In this document: positions 1-13,600 of the stretch, in pieces | How positions within the stretch are numbered: position 1 is the stretch's first letter | Layout: each line of letters starts with the position of its first letter | Source: Macrostomum hystrix | Lineage: Eukaryota > Animalia > Platyhelminthes | Assembly (NCBI GenBank): GCA_950097015.1 | Contig: CATNEN010000030.1 | Span: 248,001-312,000 of the forward strand | Length of the DNA stretch: 64,000 nt | Direction: 5' to 3' | Made by a program: the position numbers and the translations under genes | The notes under the pieces: model-generated | Told to the model about the DNA's origin: nothing | What the model saw: the letters and a program-made list of their open reading frames with translations, nothing else | Databases searched by the model: none

Positions 1-1638
1 TGGCTTAGATGGGCCTCTCCCAGATGAATAGACGAGCTATCTGAAATTCAAATTTTTCAATAGACGGACATAGACGGGCTAGCTCGAGTTTTTTTAGCAT
101 GAGAATTCAGTTCGAGCCAAGTTTTCCGCTCTTCCAGTGAAGCTATTTACATAGTTTAGGGTTTGTATGCCTACTTTATTACTTTTGAGTAGCATTTAGA
201 GGTTCACAACTTTTCAGAAGTTTACTATTTGACAGGGGCAGAATACACAGTACCGCAGATTAGGTCGTGTTTATTAGCCATGAGCTGAACCCAAGTCATT
301 TCCTGGAGAATTAGCAATTTATTAGCAACATGCCTTGTGTATTGAGTGACTAATAGCATGTCAGGGACAACAAAAAAGCGACCATGTTTCAGTTGACCCT
401 GTACCGTGTGCTATTCATTTATCTTTTTCAACTAGTCAAAGAAAAAGGTTATGTCCTGAACCTGTACCTGTACTTCAGTGCCATACCATTTAATTTTCAG
501 ACTGAGCTATAATGAACTATTTCTATGCTTTTAAACCACCAGCTAAATAATATAAATCTAGCAACCTTGCTTTAGTTTGGAGCTCAAACATAATTCTTCA
601 GCTGCTCCAAGTGTTACGTGCTACTGAAACAGCGAGAACGCATTCTTCAATCAAAAGAGCTAAGGAAATACGTCGGAACTGTGGTAAAACTCATGGATCT
701 AAAGGACTAGACTTTAAAATGGGCCGGCGACAAAGAAGTCTGCGCATATCCCATGGACACCGGAGGAGCGAGCTGTCAAAGAAGTACTTGAACTCACTCC
801 TGTTGTGTATGGACTGTTAGTTTAGCAAATGCACTAATGCTGCCTTCTTCGTGTCTATAGTCTAGGGTACAATATTTTATTTTTTTAAGAGCCGAAGGCT
901 AACAGTATTGCAAAGAGCAAAAACGCGAGGTACACCGACTAGCGGCAAATAAATTAGACCATTTGATTCCGACCATAGACAAAAAAAATAAATTTCTCAC
1001 GAAGATACAGTCACGAAGCAGCCAGTCAGTCAGTGGTGGCAAAACGTAAAAGCCGAATTCAAAGTTCACTTCAATGTTCCATATAATGCTCCTTATTTCG
1101 AGGAGATTATATGATATAATATCCTGGTTTTTGTCAAATAATCTCACCAAAAATTACCATAGACAACACATTCCCGGCTCAGAATAGTACAATTTTTAGC
1201 GATTAAATAAGCAATCGTATTTTATATAAATCTTCTTCGACTTGACTTTGATGTCAGATGGTAGCCTGGAGGCAAGAGTCGGTACAGATATAACAACTCC
1301 ATCCAAGTCATAATTTGCTAGATGAGTATAGAGAAGAAAAACAAAACATAATAAATTAGGAATTGCTTCCCTTAAACTATTGGCTGCGTGAAACGGAACA
1401 TCGAATTGTGGGTCGGATTAGATCGAGCTTTTAGAAATTAGAATGTTTAAACCATCGATTTAGAGTGTGAGCGAGTGAATGAGTGCGTGTGAGTGAGGGT
1501 GTGTGTACATTAGGGGTAGAGGTTGAATAGAAGCTAGAGTGAATGTACATTACGGGTCTTGGCCTCTGTACATCGGGAGTTAAACATGAGCATACGAGGG
1601 CGAATGAGCACGCACCTGGCTTGTCAGTCCTTCTGTTC

Positions 1639-4600
1639 TTAATTGCCTGCCGAGCCAGAAGTGATGGCGGCCACAGCGGCGGCTCCAGCAGTGACGCTTC
1701 TAATCTGGGGCAGCCGATCGCGGGCTGTCTTTCGCTTTCGCCGGAGACCGTCGTCGACTAGTAGAGCGCCGCGGCTAAAGTCCGACATGATGTCGTCCAG
1801 TGCGCCGTCCTCAATAGTTCGGGTGTGTTTGCGCGGAGCGCGACGCTGCTGACTCAGATCTTCCGAGTCCTTGCGCTGGCATTGATTAGAGATTATGATA
1901 GATTTTCACTACTGATTATACTACTGAATAAAACAAACAATACAGTAGTAGATAAAGATGCGAAAAAATTATCAAAGCAACTTAATACATTATAATAATA
2001 AAGATAATAATAATAATAATTGCTGGAGGGCTGCGAGCAGTGGCCCATCATTTGGTGACACTAGACCCGCAGCCAGCGAGGAAGCAATTCTGCCCATTTC
2101 GTTGACTCCTGAGCACACACGCACACAGACACTGTACGCAGGCACACGCTCACACAGGTGTGTACATCTGCCCTGACTTTCTCATCGTCAGTGCACACTT
2201 TCACTGTGCCTTGATCTGATACCTCCATAGTTGATCAGATCTGCCAATCTATCGCATATCTTTGCCGAATCAACCATATTGATATAGAAAATGATGGGAA
2301 ATCTTGTCAGTTATATACAAGACTATGCTAAACAGTATAGTCGTAATTAATTTTTATTATCCATGGTCAAACAGTTGCAGCCGCTCTGCTGCCAGTGGAT
2401 TAAACATCTTTAAAACCCCCCCCGAAGGAAGGGATTACTAAAAATGATCTCTGATTCACCCCAGACTGACCTCAGAATGTTCGCTTCTGAAAGCAGAAAC
2501 GGCTAACGAGGAGAACAGGAATCCTAGACTTTAACATTGATTCCTTTCGGCAAAAGAAAAAACTGATAATTTAAGTTCTTTAAATTTCTTAGAATTTTTA
2601 AAGGTCAAAAGGAATCAGAAAAGATGTGGTTTTCTGAAGGAATCAACATTCAGAAGTAGATGAGTCATTATCATAATTACACGCAAATAAAATTAGAATT
2701 TTGAGATAGAAATTTAAGTGAGTATGGCCGCGTCCAAAGTCCACGGACTGAACAGCTGCACAGCAATCGGCTATTGTAAACAAATAGAAGTCCTAGTCTT
2801 TCATTTGGGAACAGTGTTGCCTTCAAGCTCCAATGGATTAGTTTTGAGTGATGCAACAACAAGGCATTGCTGTGCGGACCACGCGAATTAGATTTATTAT
2901 TATTACTATCGCTATGTTCAGAATAGCTCGCAGATGTCACAGATGACTATTGATGTGACAAGCTAGCAAATTTAGTTGTCGATATAAGTGGCCACTCGGT
3001 AGAAAACCAAATAAGCTGATTGCGATGATGACTTATACGCTTTATTCTGCGAGTATCCTAAGACTTGGCTAGTTACGGAATGAAATCGAAAGTGTTTCAT
3101 GGGTTTTACAGAAATTATTTCATTTCGTATATTGGCCATTAATTCTGCTTCAACATAGGCCGTGCAACAGTGATAAAAATTTCAATCGTAACATACCATA
3201 ACAACTAATATATAAAGATATAAATATATGAATGCATCTACGAACGCATATATATATATATATATATATACATAATCCGTTATCTTCATAATCTCAACTT
3301 CCTCTCAGTGTTTTAATCTCTCCTAGGTCCACTTCGTCGGCTCTAATCTTAAGTTTGATCTACCAATATCATAACCTAGATCTACTCTCAGCTAGATATA
3401 ATCTCACTCTCATCTGCCCTCAAATAGATCTAGTCTCACCCTGATCTATTCTCACCTAGATCTACTCTCACCGTGATCTACTCTCACCCTGATCTACTCT
3501 CTACTACATCTACTCTCTACTACATCTACTCTCTACTACATCTACTCTTTACTACATCTACTCTCACCCTGATCTACTCTCTACTACATCTACTCTCTAC
3601 TACATCTACTCTCACCCTGATCTACTCTCTACTACATCTACTCTCTACTACATCTACTCTCACCCTGATCTACTCTCTACTACATCTACTCTCACCCTGA
3701 TCTACTCTCTACTACATCTACTCTCAACCTGATCTACTCTCTACTACATCTACTCTCACCCTGATCTACTCTCTACTACATCTACTCTCAACCTGATCTA
3801 CTCTCTACTACATCTACTCTCACCCTGATCTACTCTCTACTACATCTACTCTCACCCTGATCTACTCGGCTCCCCGGCCTCACCTTGCCAGAAGCCCGCT
3901 CGAGCTCGGCGGCGGCAGCCCGTCGCTGGTCATTCTCCAGCCTTGCCTTGCCAACATCGCACTGGAAGCGGTGCAGCACGGTGAAGAAGGCATCACTGGC
4001 CACCTGTTGCATGCCCTCGCCAAATCTAGTCTTGACCAAGCTGTAGCACTCGTCTGCGGTCTTCAAATCAGTCTTGAGTCGTTCCACTCGATCGGAATTG
4101 ATGCTTAGAAAGTTGCGCAACAGATTAGAATTAGTCTCATTGGCTAGGGAGCGCAGCTGTTCAAGGCCGGACACTAGCTGGGCTGCGTCGGCGCGGACAT
4201 TGTCCAGGTTGACGCTGGCGGCCTTCTCGCAGTGGCGCAGATCACTTTCAAAATTGGCCAAATCGGGAAATTGCTGATCGACAAGCTCAACTAGGAAGTG
4301 CAGCAGGGTCCACTTTCTGTCGCCGGATTTGGTGTCCTGCAGTGTGGCCAGGCTGCACAGGCGGAAGCCGTAGATTAGGCCACGCTTGTGACTGTTCAGA
4401 TAGTTGCCGAGGGCCAGGATCAGCTCAAGGATCTGCGCAATGGCGAGGGCGAGACCCATTTTAGATTAGTGTGGGCTGGATGATGCGAATTGGCTGGCTG
4501 GATAAATGGAATGGAAAGCTAAAAGGAAATGGCTAGCTAGATAACTGAAAATGGCTAGCTAGATAACTGGAAATGGCTAGCTCGGTATCTGGAAATGCAA

Positions 4601-7600
4601 GCTAGATAACTGGAGATGGCAATCTAGATAACTGGAAATGCAAGCTAGATAACTGGAGATGGCAATCTAGATAACTGGAAATGCAAGCTAGATAACTGGA
4701 AATGCAAGCTAGATAACTGGAAATGCAATCTAGATAACTGGAAATGCAAGCTAGATAACTGGAGATGCAATCTAGATAACTGGAGATGCAATCTAGATAA
4801 CTGGAGATGCAAGCTAGATAACTGGAAATGCAATCTAGATAACTGGAAATGCAAGCTAGATAACTGGAGATGCAATCTAGATAACTGGAGATGGCAATCT
4901 AGATAACTGGAAATGCAAGCTAGATAACTGGAGATGTAATCTAGATAACTGGAGATGTAATCTAGATAACTGGAGATGGCAATCTAGATAACTGGAAATG
5001 CAATCTAGATAACTGGAAATGCAAGCTAGATAACTGGAAATGCAAGCTAGATAACTGGAAATGCAAGCTAGATAACTGGAGATGGCAATCTACATAGCTG
5101 AAGTGGCTATATAAATAGCTGGAAATGGTTATACAGAGGCAGGAAAAGGCAATAGATATAAACTAGACAAAGCATTTAGCTGAAATGACAGTGAAATGAC
5201 AGCCTATGTAAAATGTGATTATCACTCCCAATCTGAAAGCCTAGAATAGCCATTAAACTAGCCACTAGCCAGTATTAGACGGGCCATAAGCCTGAAGTGT
5301 GCTCACCTTCTTAAACTTGACGGATTTCTCCAGGGCCATGGAGGCGGCTATGACAGCCCTTAGTGGCGGCTCAACCCCGGCGAAATTCTCTTCAAACTGG
5401 CCGGCATAGCGCAGGGCCTGCAGCTTTCGCTCCAACATGGGCACGCGGCACAGCGCCACCAGCAGCTGGTCCGGCTCGCTCAGGGCGTCGATTCGGCGAC
5501 CTTCGATGAACTCGTAGCGACGATAGGCGCGCACCTCGTCATCGGTTGGCACACCCTGGCGCAGTAGAATTTCTGCTAGATCTGCTGTCACCCGATCTGA
5601 GTCTAGGCTGTCAACGGCTGCAGCCAAATCGGCAAAGCTCAGCCGCATTGACTCGACCTTGTGGCGGGTGACGGCCAGGTTGCGAAACCTGTCGTGGCCC
5701 AGCAGGGTTGGCCGCTCCTTCTTTGCCTTCAACGCGGCCGCTGTGGCAGCTGCGGCAGCCGAATCGCTGCCAGCACCGTTTGCTGTTGACAGTTTGAATT
5801 TGTCCTCAAAGTCGTCGACATCGATGCGACGCCTGGCCCGTTCGTCGTTCATGTCCATGAAGACGGTGCCTCGGCAGCCCGATGGTGGAATGGCTGTCCA
5901 GTTGAGCAGCGGCAGGCGATGCTTCGGAATCACCGGCTGGCGCACCTGGACGCCAGGTGGAGCAGCCGGGGCGACGCCGAATGGAGGCGGCGGAGGCGGA
6001 GGCGGTGGAGGCGGCGGGCAGCCACCAGGCGGTGGAGGCGGCGGAGGCGCCGGCGGTGGTGGAACGCCTCCAGAGGACACTGCCGGGCAGTTAACGCCGG
6101 GCAGCTTGGCCGCGGGAATGCCAGAAGCAGTCGCCGCCGATGTTGCAGTTGTCGACGATGCCGCCGTGGTGGCAGTCTTAGCCGCGGATTTGGCCGCCTC
6201 CAGAGCGGCTTTGAGAGCAGTTTCCGAGTCGCGCAGTTTGGCCTCGAGTTCGCGCACTGTTCTCTCTAAGTCGCGCTCGCGCTCACCAGCGCTCTGACTG
6301 GCAGCGCGCAGGTTGTGCTGCATCTGCTCCAGAGCGCGCTCCTTGTCAGCCTTCAGAGTGGCGCAGTCGGCCTCGCGGTTCTGCAGGCGCTCACGCAGCT
6401 CGGCCATGATCTGGGCGGCCTCGTCCTCAGCCCGGCGCTGCCGATCCTGTGTCTGGTACAGCTCCTCCTCCAGTGCAGCCGCTCTGAAATTCAAATAGAA
6501 CCATAAAAATGATGGCTTTTTCTATACATATCGGAGGTTCGGTATAAAATTGTTGATTGAATGTTTATAATTCATTCACTAATCCGTGGTTCTATTTCCT
6601 TTTACTAGTTTTGGGGAATCGGAGTTGTCGCCTAGTGGCTTGAGCGTCGGACTCAACACTTGAAGGTCGGGGGTTCGATTCTCAGCTTCACTGGAACAAT
6701 TTTGTCCTTTAGCAAGACACTTAACTCTGCATTGCTACAGTTCACAACAGCTGCTAAATGGGTACCAGCACCAGCTGGGATAATTGACGGTGGGTGTGGC
6801 GTCCCCCCAGTCCATGGACGCCGTACCCAGCCTTCAGATGGGCCGCACAATAGCTGCGGCTGTGCTGTCCGCTGCACATCTGACCCAATCAGGGCAGGTG
6901 TAATCAATTATTATTATTATAATTATGGGAAATCGGCCAGCCGAGCGAGGATAATATGTCAACTAGAGGGATAATTTTCTGAAGGTTGTGGCTGTAGCAA
7001 ACCAAAGAAACAAGGAGGAATTTGAAATAATATTTTGCGCTCTCCGAAAGGACTAACTTCGCTAGTCTGTGGTTCGAGAAGGAAGGGCTCATAATGCCTA
7101 CTTGTTGTTCTCACCTTGCAACCGCAGCCTGCTTAGCAACGGAATCGATAAACAATCCGGCCACGTCGATGGTATTGTCGAAGATGGCCTCGATCTGGCT
7201 ATTCAATCGTTCGTCCTCGTATTTGCCGTGCAGTCCGCGCAGGAACTCCTCCAGTCCCAGCTGGGCAAACTCGGCCTGCAGGCAGACTCGCAGGCCCAGC
7301 TGTTCGTCGTTGCTGACATTCTGCACAATGTTGATGAACCGGGCGCAGCTAACCATGAATTCCAGGCTGTACTGCTCCGCTGGCAGGGCCTCGTGTCGCC
7401 TGAAGCAGGCCATCAGCGTCTCCCAGCGGCGACGCTCGCCGACGCGCTCGCGCAGACTGTCGAATGCGTCCAACACCTGGGCGTGCATGCCGTCCAGCAT
7501 GCATAGGGCTGCCAGGAGCTCCAGCACCAGGGTCTTGGTGGCGTAGCGCGGATGCAGTACACACCTGGCTATGATGCTGACGGCAGTTTTGTCCTGGAAT

Positions 7601-10600
7601 GTGCGCTGGCAGGCCTTCTGGTTGTTGAACAATACCCGCATGCATTTTACACCGTTGTGTAAGTCGCTCAGCAGCGACTCATCTGGCTGTTGTTGAAGCT
7701 GCAGCTGGTGCTGATGATGCTGCTGCCAGTGCGACTGATTGGCAGAATTCAGCTGCTGCTGCTGCTGCTGCTGCTGGTGTCCGCGACCCGAGCTGCACTG
7801 CATGGACAGGCGGCGCCAGCAGCTCCGCTTTGACGATGACTGGCCATGCAGCTGGCTCTGGTGCGGCCCGTCCGAGTGGCCGTTCAACAGCGGCTCCTCG
7901 GAGCTGCGGGCGGCGGCAAAAAATTAATTCAGTGGCCGATCAGCTAAACAGCCATTGTCCTTATCCGATCCCCTAAACAGCCATTGTGCGTATCCGATCC
8001 CCTAAACAGCCATTGTCCTTATCCGATCCCCTAAACAGCCATTGTCCTTATCCGATCCCCTAAACAGCCATTGTGCGTATCCGATCCCCTAAACAGCCAT
8101 TGTCCTTATCCGATCCCCTAAACAGCCATTGTCCTTATCCGATCCCCTAAACACAGCCATTGTCCGTATCCGATCCCCTAAACAGCCATTGTCCTTATCC
8201 GATCCCCTAAACAGCCATTGTCCGTATTCGATCCCCTAAACAGCCGTTGTCCTCATCCGATCCCCTAAACAGCCATTGTCCGTATCCGATCCTCTAAACA
8301 GCCATTGTCCTTATCCGATCCCCTAAACAGCCATTGTCCGTATTCGATCCCTAAACAGCCATTGTGCGTATCCGATCCCCTAACCTGCTTTGATACAAAA
8401 TTGGCACACAAGTCACTTCAAGCCAGACTAAAAGGTCTGCACAGGGAATTCCGTTTTCAAGCTGCAATTTCTAATCAAATTGCTCAGAGAACGATGAGAA
8501 AGTCAAAAAAGCAAAACAAGAACTCGAACAAAAAAACTGGCAGAGATTATTAGTATAGTCTAGAATCTTGAATTAATTGTTCGGAAAAACTGAGTTAACG
8601 CCTTGGTTGGCACAAACCGTTCAGTCAACTGCGCAGAAAATTCAACGAAAAAAATACAAAAAAACTAATTTTTGCTATAGTCGCAATATTGTTTATATAA
8701 ACACTCCATATTCTTTCTAGAAATATTTACAAAGCTCTCTAGAGCTCTAGACTGTAGTTATTTGGTAACTTAAAAACTCAATTAGTCACCCAAGTGTACT
8801 TTTATTCATAACTCTGCACTAAATTAGGGTTAAAATCAACCAATATACAATTCTTGGATTGGAGATTACAACCATCTATGATAGGCTACAATCAATCTTA
8901 GATTCATGGACAGGAGTTTACAACCATCTATGATAGGCTACAATCAATCTAAGATTCTTGGATAGGAGATTACAATCATCTACACTCAGCCACATTGAAA
9001 AGTTTCCACCCTAGCGCGCGAAGGGGCAACGTTTTGGTCTGTGGAGATATTCGTGGTTTGAGCCATAGACAAATATATAATCCGGAATCGACCGAAGCAA
9101 AGGAACAGCAAAGAAACAAAGTACGCGAGCATGGGTGACAACTCGCCCAGAACAGGGTCAGTAACGCGTATAGCAGCCACGTGAGTGCAGCAGAGCGCTC
9201 ACTCTCCGGGGCATCCCCAGAACCAGGCGTCGCAGAAAATCTTGCGGTAGTTGTTGCCATGCAGTAGACAGTGATTCGCGCAGTTGGGCAACATTTTGCG
9301 GCGGATTGTCGCGCCGAATCGAGCGCTTCAGGTAATCCCAAACGTGCTCTATGGGATTCATGTCCGGTGATCGGGACGGCCAGCGCAAGGTTCGCAGGTG
9401 CAGCAGCTCCTTCAGATGCGCCACAGCGGCTGCGCGATGCGGTGGGGCGTTGTCGTCTTGGAGGACGCAGTTCCCCACGCCACCACATGAAGCATCAATG
9501 AAGGGCAGCAGGCGCGTCTGTAGAAGGTTGGCGTACGACTCGGCAGTCACAGTCGCATCCAGGAACACGAGCTCCGTCTTCGCGTGCATTGTGATGCCTG
9601 CCCACACGTGAATAGAAGCTGACTGGCTCTCAGAGTTTTGCACGTGCTGCGGCAGCATCTCCTGGCGCGGCTGGCGCCACACGCGAATGCGGCCGTCGGC
9701 ACGGAACAATCGAAAGCGGCTCTCATCTGTGAAAATCACTCGCCGCCACTGCTGCTGCCTCCAGTGGACCCTTTGCATTGCCCATTGTTCCCGGCTGGCC
9801 ACATGGGTTGGGGTCAGGCGTGACCGTTTGCGCATCTTACGGGATCGCAGCCCCGACTCCCGCAATCGTCGTCGGATGGTTTGGGCGCTCAGGACATTCC
9901 CTCGCCTGCTTCTTTCAGCCCACATCAGCCGTAGCAGGGTGGCTGGCAATGTGGGGCTTCCCTTTACCATTCGCAGCAATCGCCGGTCCGCCCTCCTAGT
10001 TGTACTGCGCATATTGAGCCGCAGGCCGCGCGTGGCGTGCGCCACGCTGCCCGTTTCTCTGCACTTGATCTGCAGTTTGCGGATTGCTGTGTGTGACCGC
10101 CCAATTTGGCGAGCAACAGCTCGGATGGACATCCCAGCGTCCAGCATGCCAATGGCGCGCGCTCGTTCCAGGTCGGTCATTTGGCGAACCATTGCGTTCG
10201 GTTGCGAACGTGGATTTTAGACTCCTGTAAGATGCTGCTGTCTGCTCCATGTGACTGTTTCCTTCGACTTGTCTGGCGTCTATGACCCAAGTTTTTGAAT
10301 TCTATGGCCCAAGTGCGTGTTGACGAAATCATCAATCGTCTATGGCACAAGTCCGGCGACAAAAACCAGTTTTGAAACTCTAAATATACCTTGCGCGAGG
10401 TACAACTTGCGCGAGGGTGGAAACTTTTCAATGTTGCTGAGTGTATGATAGGCTACAATCAATCTTATATTCATGGACAGGAGATTACAACCATCTATGA
10501 TAGGCTACAATCAATCTAAGATTCATGGATTGGAGATTACAACCATCTATGATAGGCTACAATCAATCTTAGATTCTTGGATTGGAGATAGCAACCATCT

Positions 10601-13600
10601 ATGATAGGCTACAATCAATCTTAGATTCATGGATTGGAGATTACAACCATCTATGATAGGCTACAATCAATCTAAGATTCATGGATTGGAGATAGCAACC
10701 ATCTATGATAGGCTACAATCAATCTTAGATTCATGGATTGGAGATTACAACCATCTATGATAGGCTACAATCAATCTAAGATTCACGGATTGGAGATTAC
10801 AACCATCTATGATAGGCTACAATCAATCGTATATTCTTGGATAGGAGATTACAACTATCTATGATAGGGCAATAGGCTTAGATTCATAGGCTACAATGAA
10901 TCTAAGATTCATGGATTGGAGATTACAACCATCTATGATAGGCTACACTCAATCGTATATTATTGGATAGGAGATTACAACCATCTATGATAGGCTACAA
11001 TCAATCTAAGATTCTTGGATAGGAGATTACAACAATCTATGATAGGCTACAATCAATCTTAGATTCATGGATTGGAGTTTACAACCATCTATGATAGGCT
11101 ACAATCAATCTAAGATTCTTGGATTGGAGATTACAACCATCTATGATAGGCTACAATCAATCTAAGATTCTTGGATAGGAGATTACAACCATCTATGATA
11201 GGCTACAATCAATCTTAGATTCATGGATTGGAGTTTACAACCATCTATGATAGGCTACAATCAATCTTAGATTCATGGATTGGAGTTTACAACCATCTAT
11301 GATAGGCTACAATCAATCTAAGATTCTTGGATAGGAGATTACAACCATCTATGATAGGCTACAATCAATCTAAGATTCATGGATAGGAGATTGCAACCAT
11401 CTATGATAGGCTATGATAGGCTACAATGAATCTAAGATTCTTGGATAAGAGATTGTAAATACAAAAAGCGCTATTTGACTAAATTTTATCTGAAGATTGT
11501 GCTTCAAGAAACTGTGAAAACTGTTGACTTCAGTAATTTCCTAGGTCAATCTGGTTTTCTATTCGCAATCGCAACCATCTGAATCAAAATCCAGAACATT
11601 TCCGCATCCCAAAAAATTGCCACCGAGACAAGATCCCGATTACAAATTGTAGTTTAAGTTCAGTTCTGCGCTTTCGGCAAAGGAAAACTGCAGATGGGGA
11701 ATAGAATGAATGGCTTCAGGATATTTGAAGTGCACAATGCGTACCGTATCCGTTCCTGTCCCCCCGCCTTCTAGTACCAGTCTTCATTTTTATCCCATTT
11801 CTAACTAAGCGTTTCTATATAGGGAAAAACACGTTAGTTTTTTTCCCTTTCATTTTCCTCCCTATATCGTCCGGCTACTACATCCTTAGTAAGGCCACAT
11901 GCTGGGCAGACATGTTTGGCCGGGTCGATATTGGAAAATGGGAGAAGGCCAAGTAGCAGTGACCAAGATTCTTAGTCATACGGCGGAAACCTTTTACATG
12001 CACGCTATTAACTATGACTAAGTTCTAACTAAAACTAGTTAGTGAAGCAATGGGTACACTTTTAAGAAAGAGATTTTTTAATCTTTTTTGGCCTTTTTGG
12101 CCTTTTCACCAGAATTAGCTAGCAGCAAGCAAGAAACCGTACATCAATTCACAGTTTCAGCTTTCAATAATTGGATTAAAATAATAATTTGTTACACCTG
12201 CCCCCATTGGCAGCCGACAGCACAGCCGCAGCTATTGCGCTGTTCAGTCCATGGACTGGGGGACCACACACCCACCCTCTGTTATCCCAGCTGATGCTGG
12301 TACCTATATAACAGCTGGGTGAACTGAAGCAATGCTGAGTCTTTTTAACCTGCAGTAGCAATTTTTTACCGACGTTAGATATTGTTCTGTCACACAAAAA
12401 TATGTCAGATATAAAAGGTAATGTTAGCTTATGTGCTTCTAAAAGTGTTTGTATGCAGCTTGGTCATAGAACAATGCTTTTCGACGAGCCTTACAATCTG
12501 TTCGCTCTGCTCTACTAGTTGCCGTCCTGTCCTGATATACGTATTTAGTAGCCCTTGAGTTTTCATTGTGATTGGGAGGTTTGGTTGTAAAACAATATGT
12601 AATTCTAACTGTCTATGGCCGAAACGATCGATACCAGTAAGCGATTCGAGCCTCCAATATTCTGTCCAAGCATACTCGAGTACTACGCAGCATTGGTTAG
12701 AATAGAAAATTAATTTGCTGAAATAGCTAGAATGCGCAAATAAGCAATGCGTTGTTTGGCGTTTATGCTCGTGTTAGCTCTACAGCAACTATAAGAAGCT
12801 GAATAACAGCTCCCAAATAAAATTGATTACTTTTTTGCCGTCTATACGCTCGTAATATAAAGCATGCTTAGGGCAGCAAAACTCACACTTTCACAATGCT
12901 TCAATTAAAACAAAATCAACAAATCGCAAAAATTGCAAGCTACTTACGACCATGACAGAGTGTCGACTGATTGCGAAATAGCAATTGCCCTGCTACAACT
13001 GCACCATCTGTGCCGGAAATAATAGCATAACGATTCGTTTGCTCTCTTCAAACTTTGCAAACTTAACTTTGCTTGTAAACTTTGCAAAATCACTCATTGG
13101 CTTTTCATTTTTGTCCATGATTGACAACAGCCTAGGAGACATAAAAAGTGTGACATTAATAATAGAACTACCAAGGGAAATCCCCCTGACAATTTCTTTG
13201 TGCTGCACCCGAACGGAGCTACGCAAGCACACGAAAACTCGGGCCAAATTTTTGTTGCGCATCTTCTGAAACAAGAATCAAGTCGCCAGCTCTTCAGACC
13301 GTCGAGATATTCAATGTTTCTGGCCGAAGGTCAGATTTTTCCCATAAGCGCTAGTGTATTTCATACACCCCTATACACGAATTAGCACTGCGCCTCAGTG
13401 CGGCCTTGCCAGGCCTTCAAACTTTATCAGCATGTCACCCGAATGTGCCTGCATCATCTCCGTCTTCGGTGGTCACCTACCTTTATCTAGACGAATTTGC
13501 TGGACCTTCAAGGGCTACAACAGGTAAAACTAGGCCACTATGGACACCCTGACGCGAATTTCTATAATTTCACTGATCAAGCATAAATATTGGGCGCAGC

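Larger units (their letters stand above)
8850..11400. repeat. Minisatellite, about 52-bp unit (GATTACAACCATCTATGATAGGCTACAATCAATCTTAGATTCATGGATTGGA), interrupted by Tc1
   Basis: About 3 units lie left and about 18 right of the transposon, in register across its TA target site. Confidence 0.95.

Noticed and set aside
3248-3272. (TA)n microsatellite and other short simple repeats
   Set aside because: Ordinary low-complexity sequence.
5659-7546. Plus-strand ORFs overlapping formin exons (and similar shadows over Tc1, the 867-aa gene and XPO5)
   Set aside because: Antisense shadows of GC-rich coding sequence.
12985-13274. Overlapping 93-94-aa ORFs next to the dispersed repeat relic
   Set aside because: No recognisable motif; likely degraded repeat sequence.
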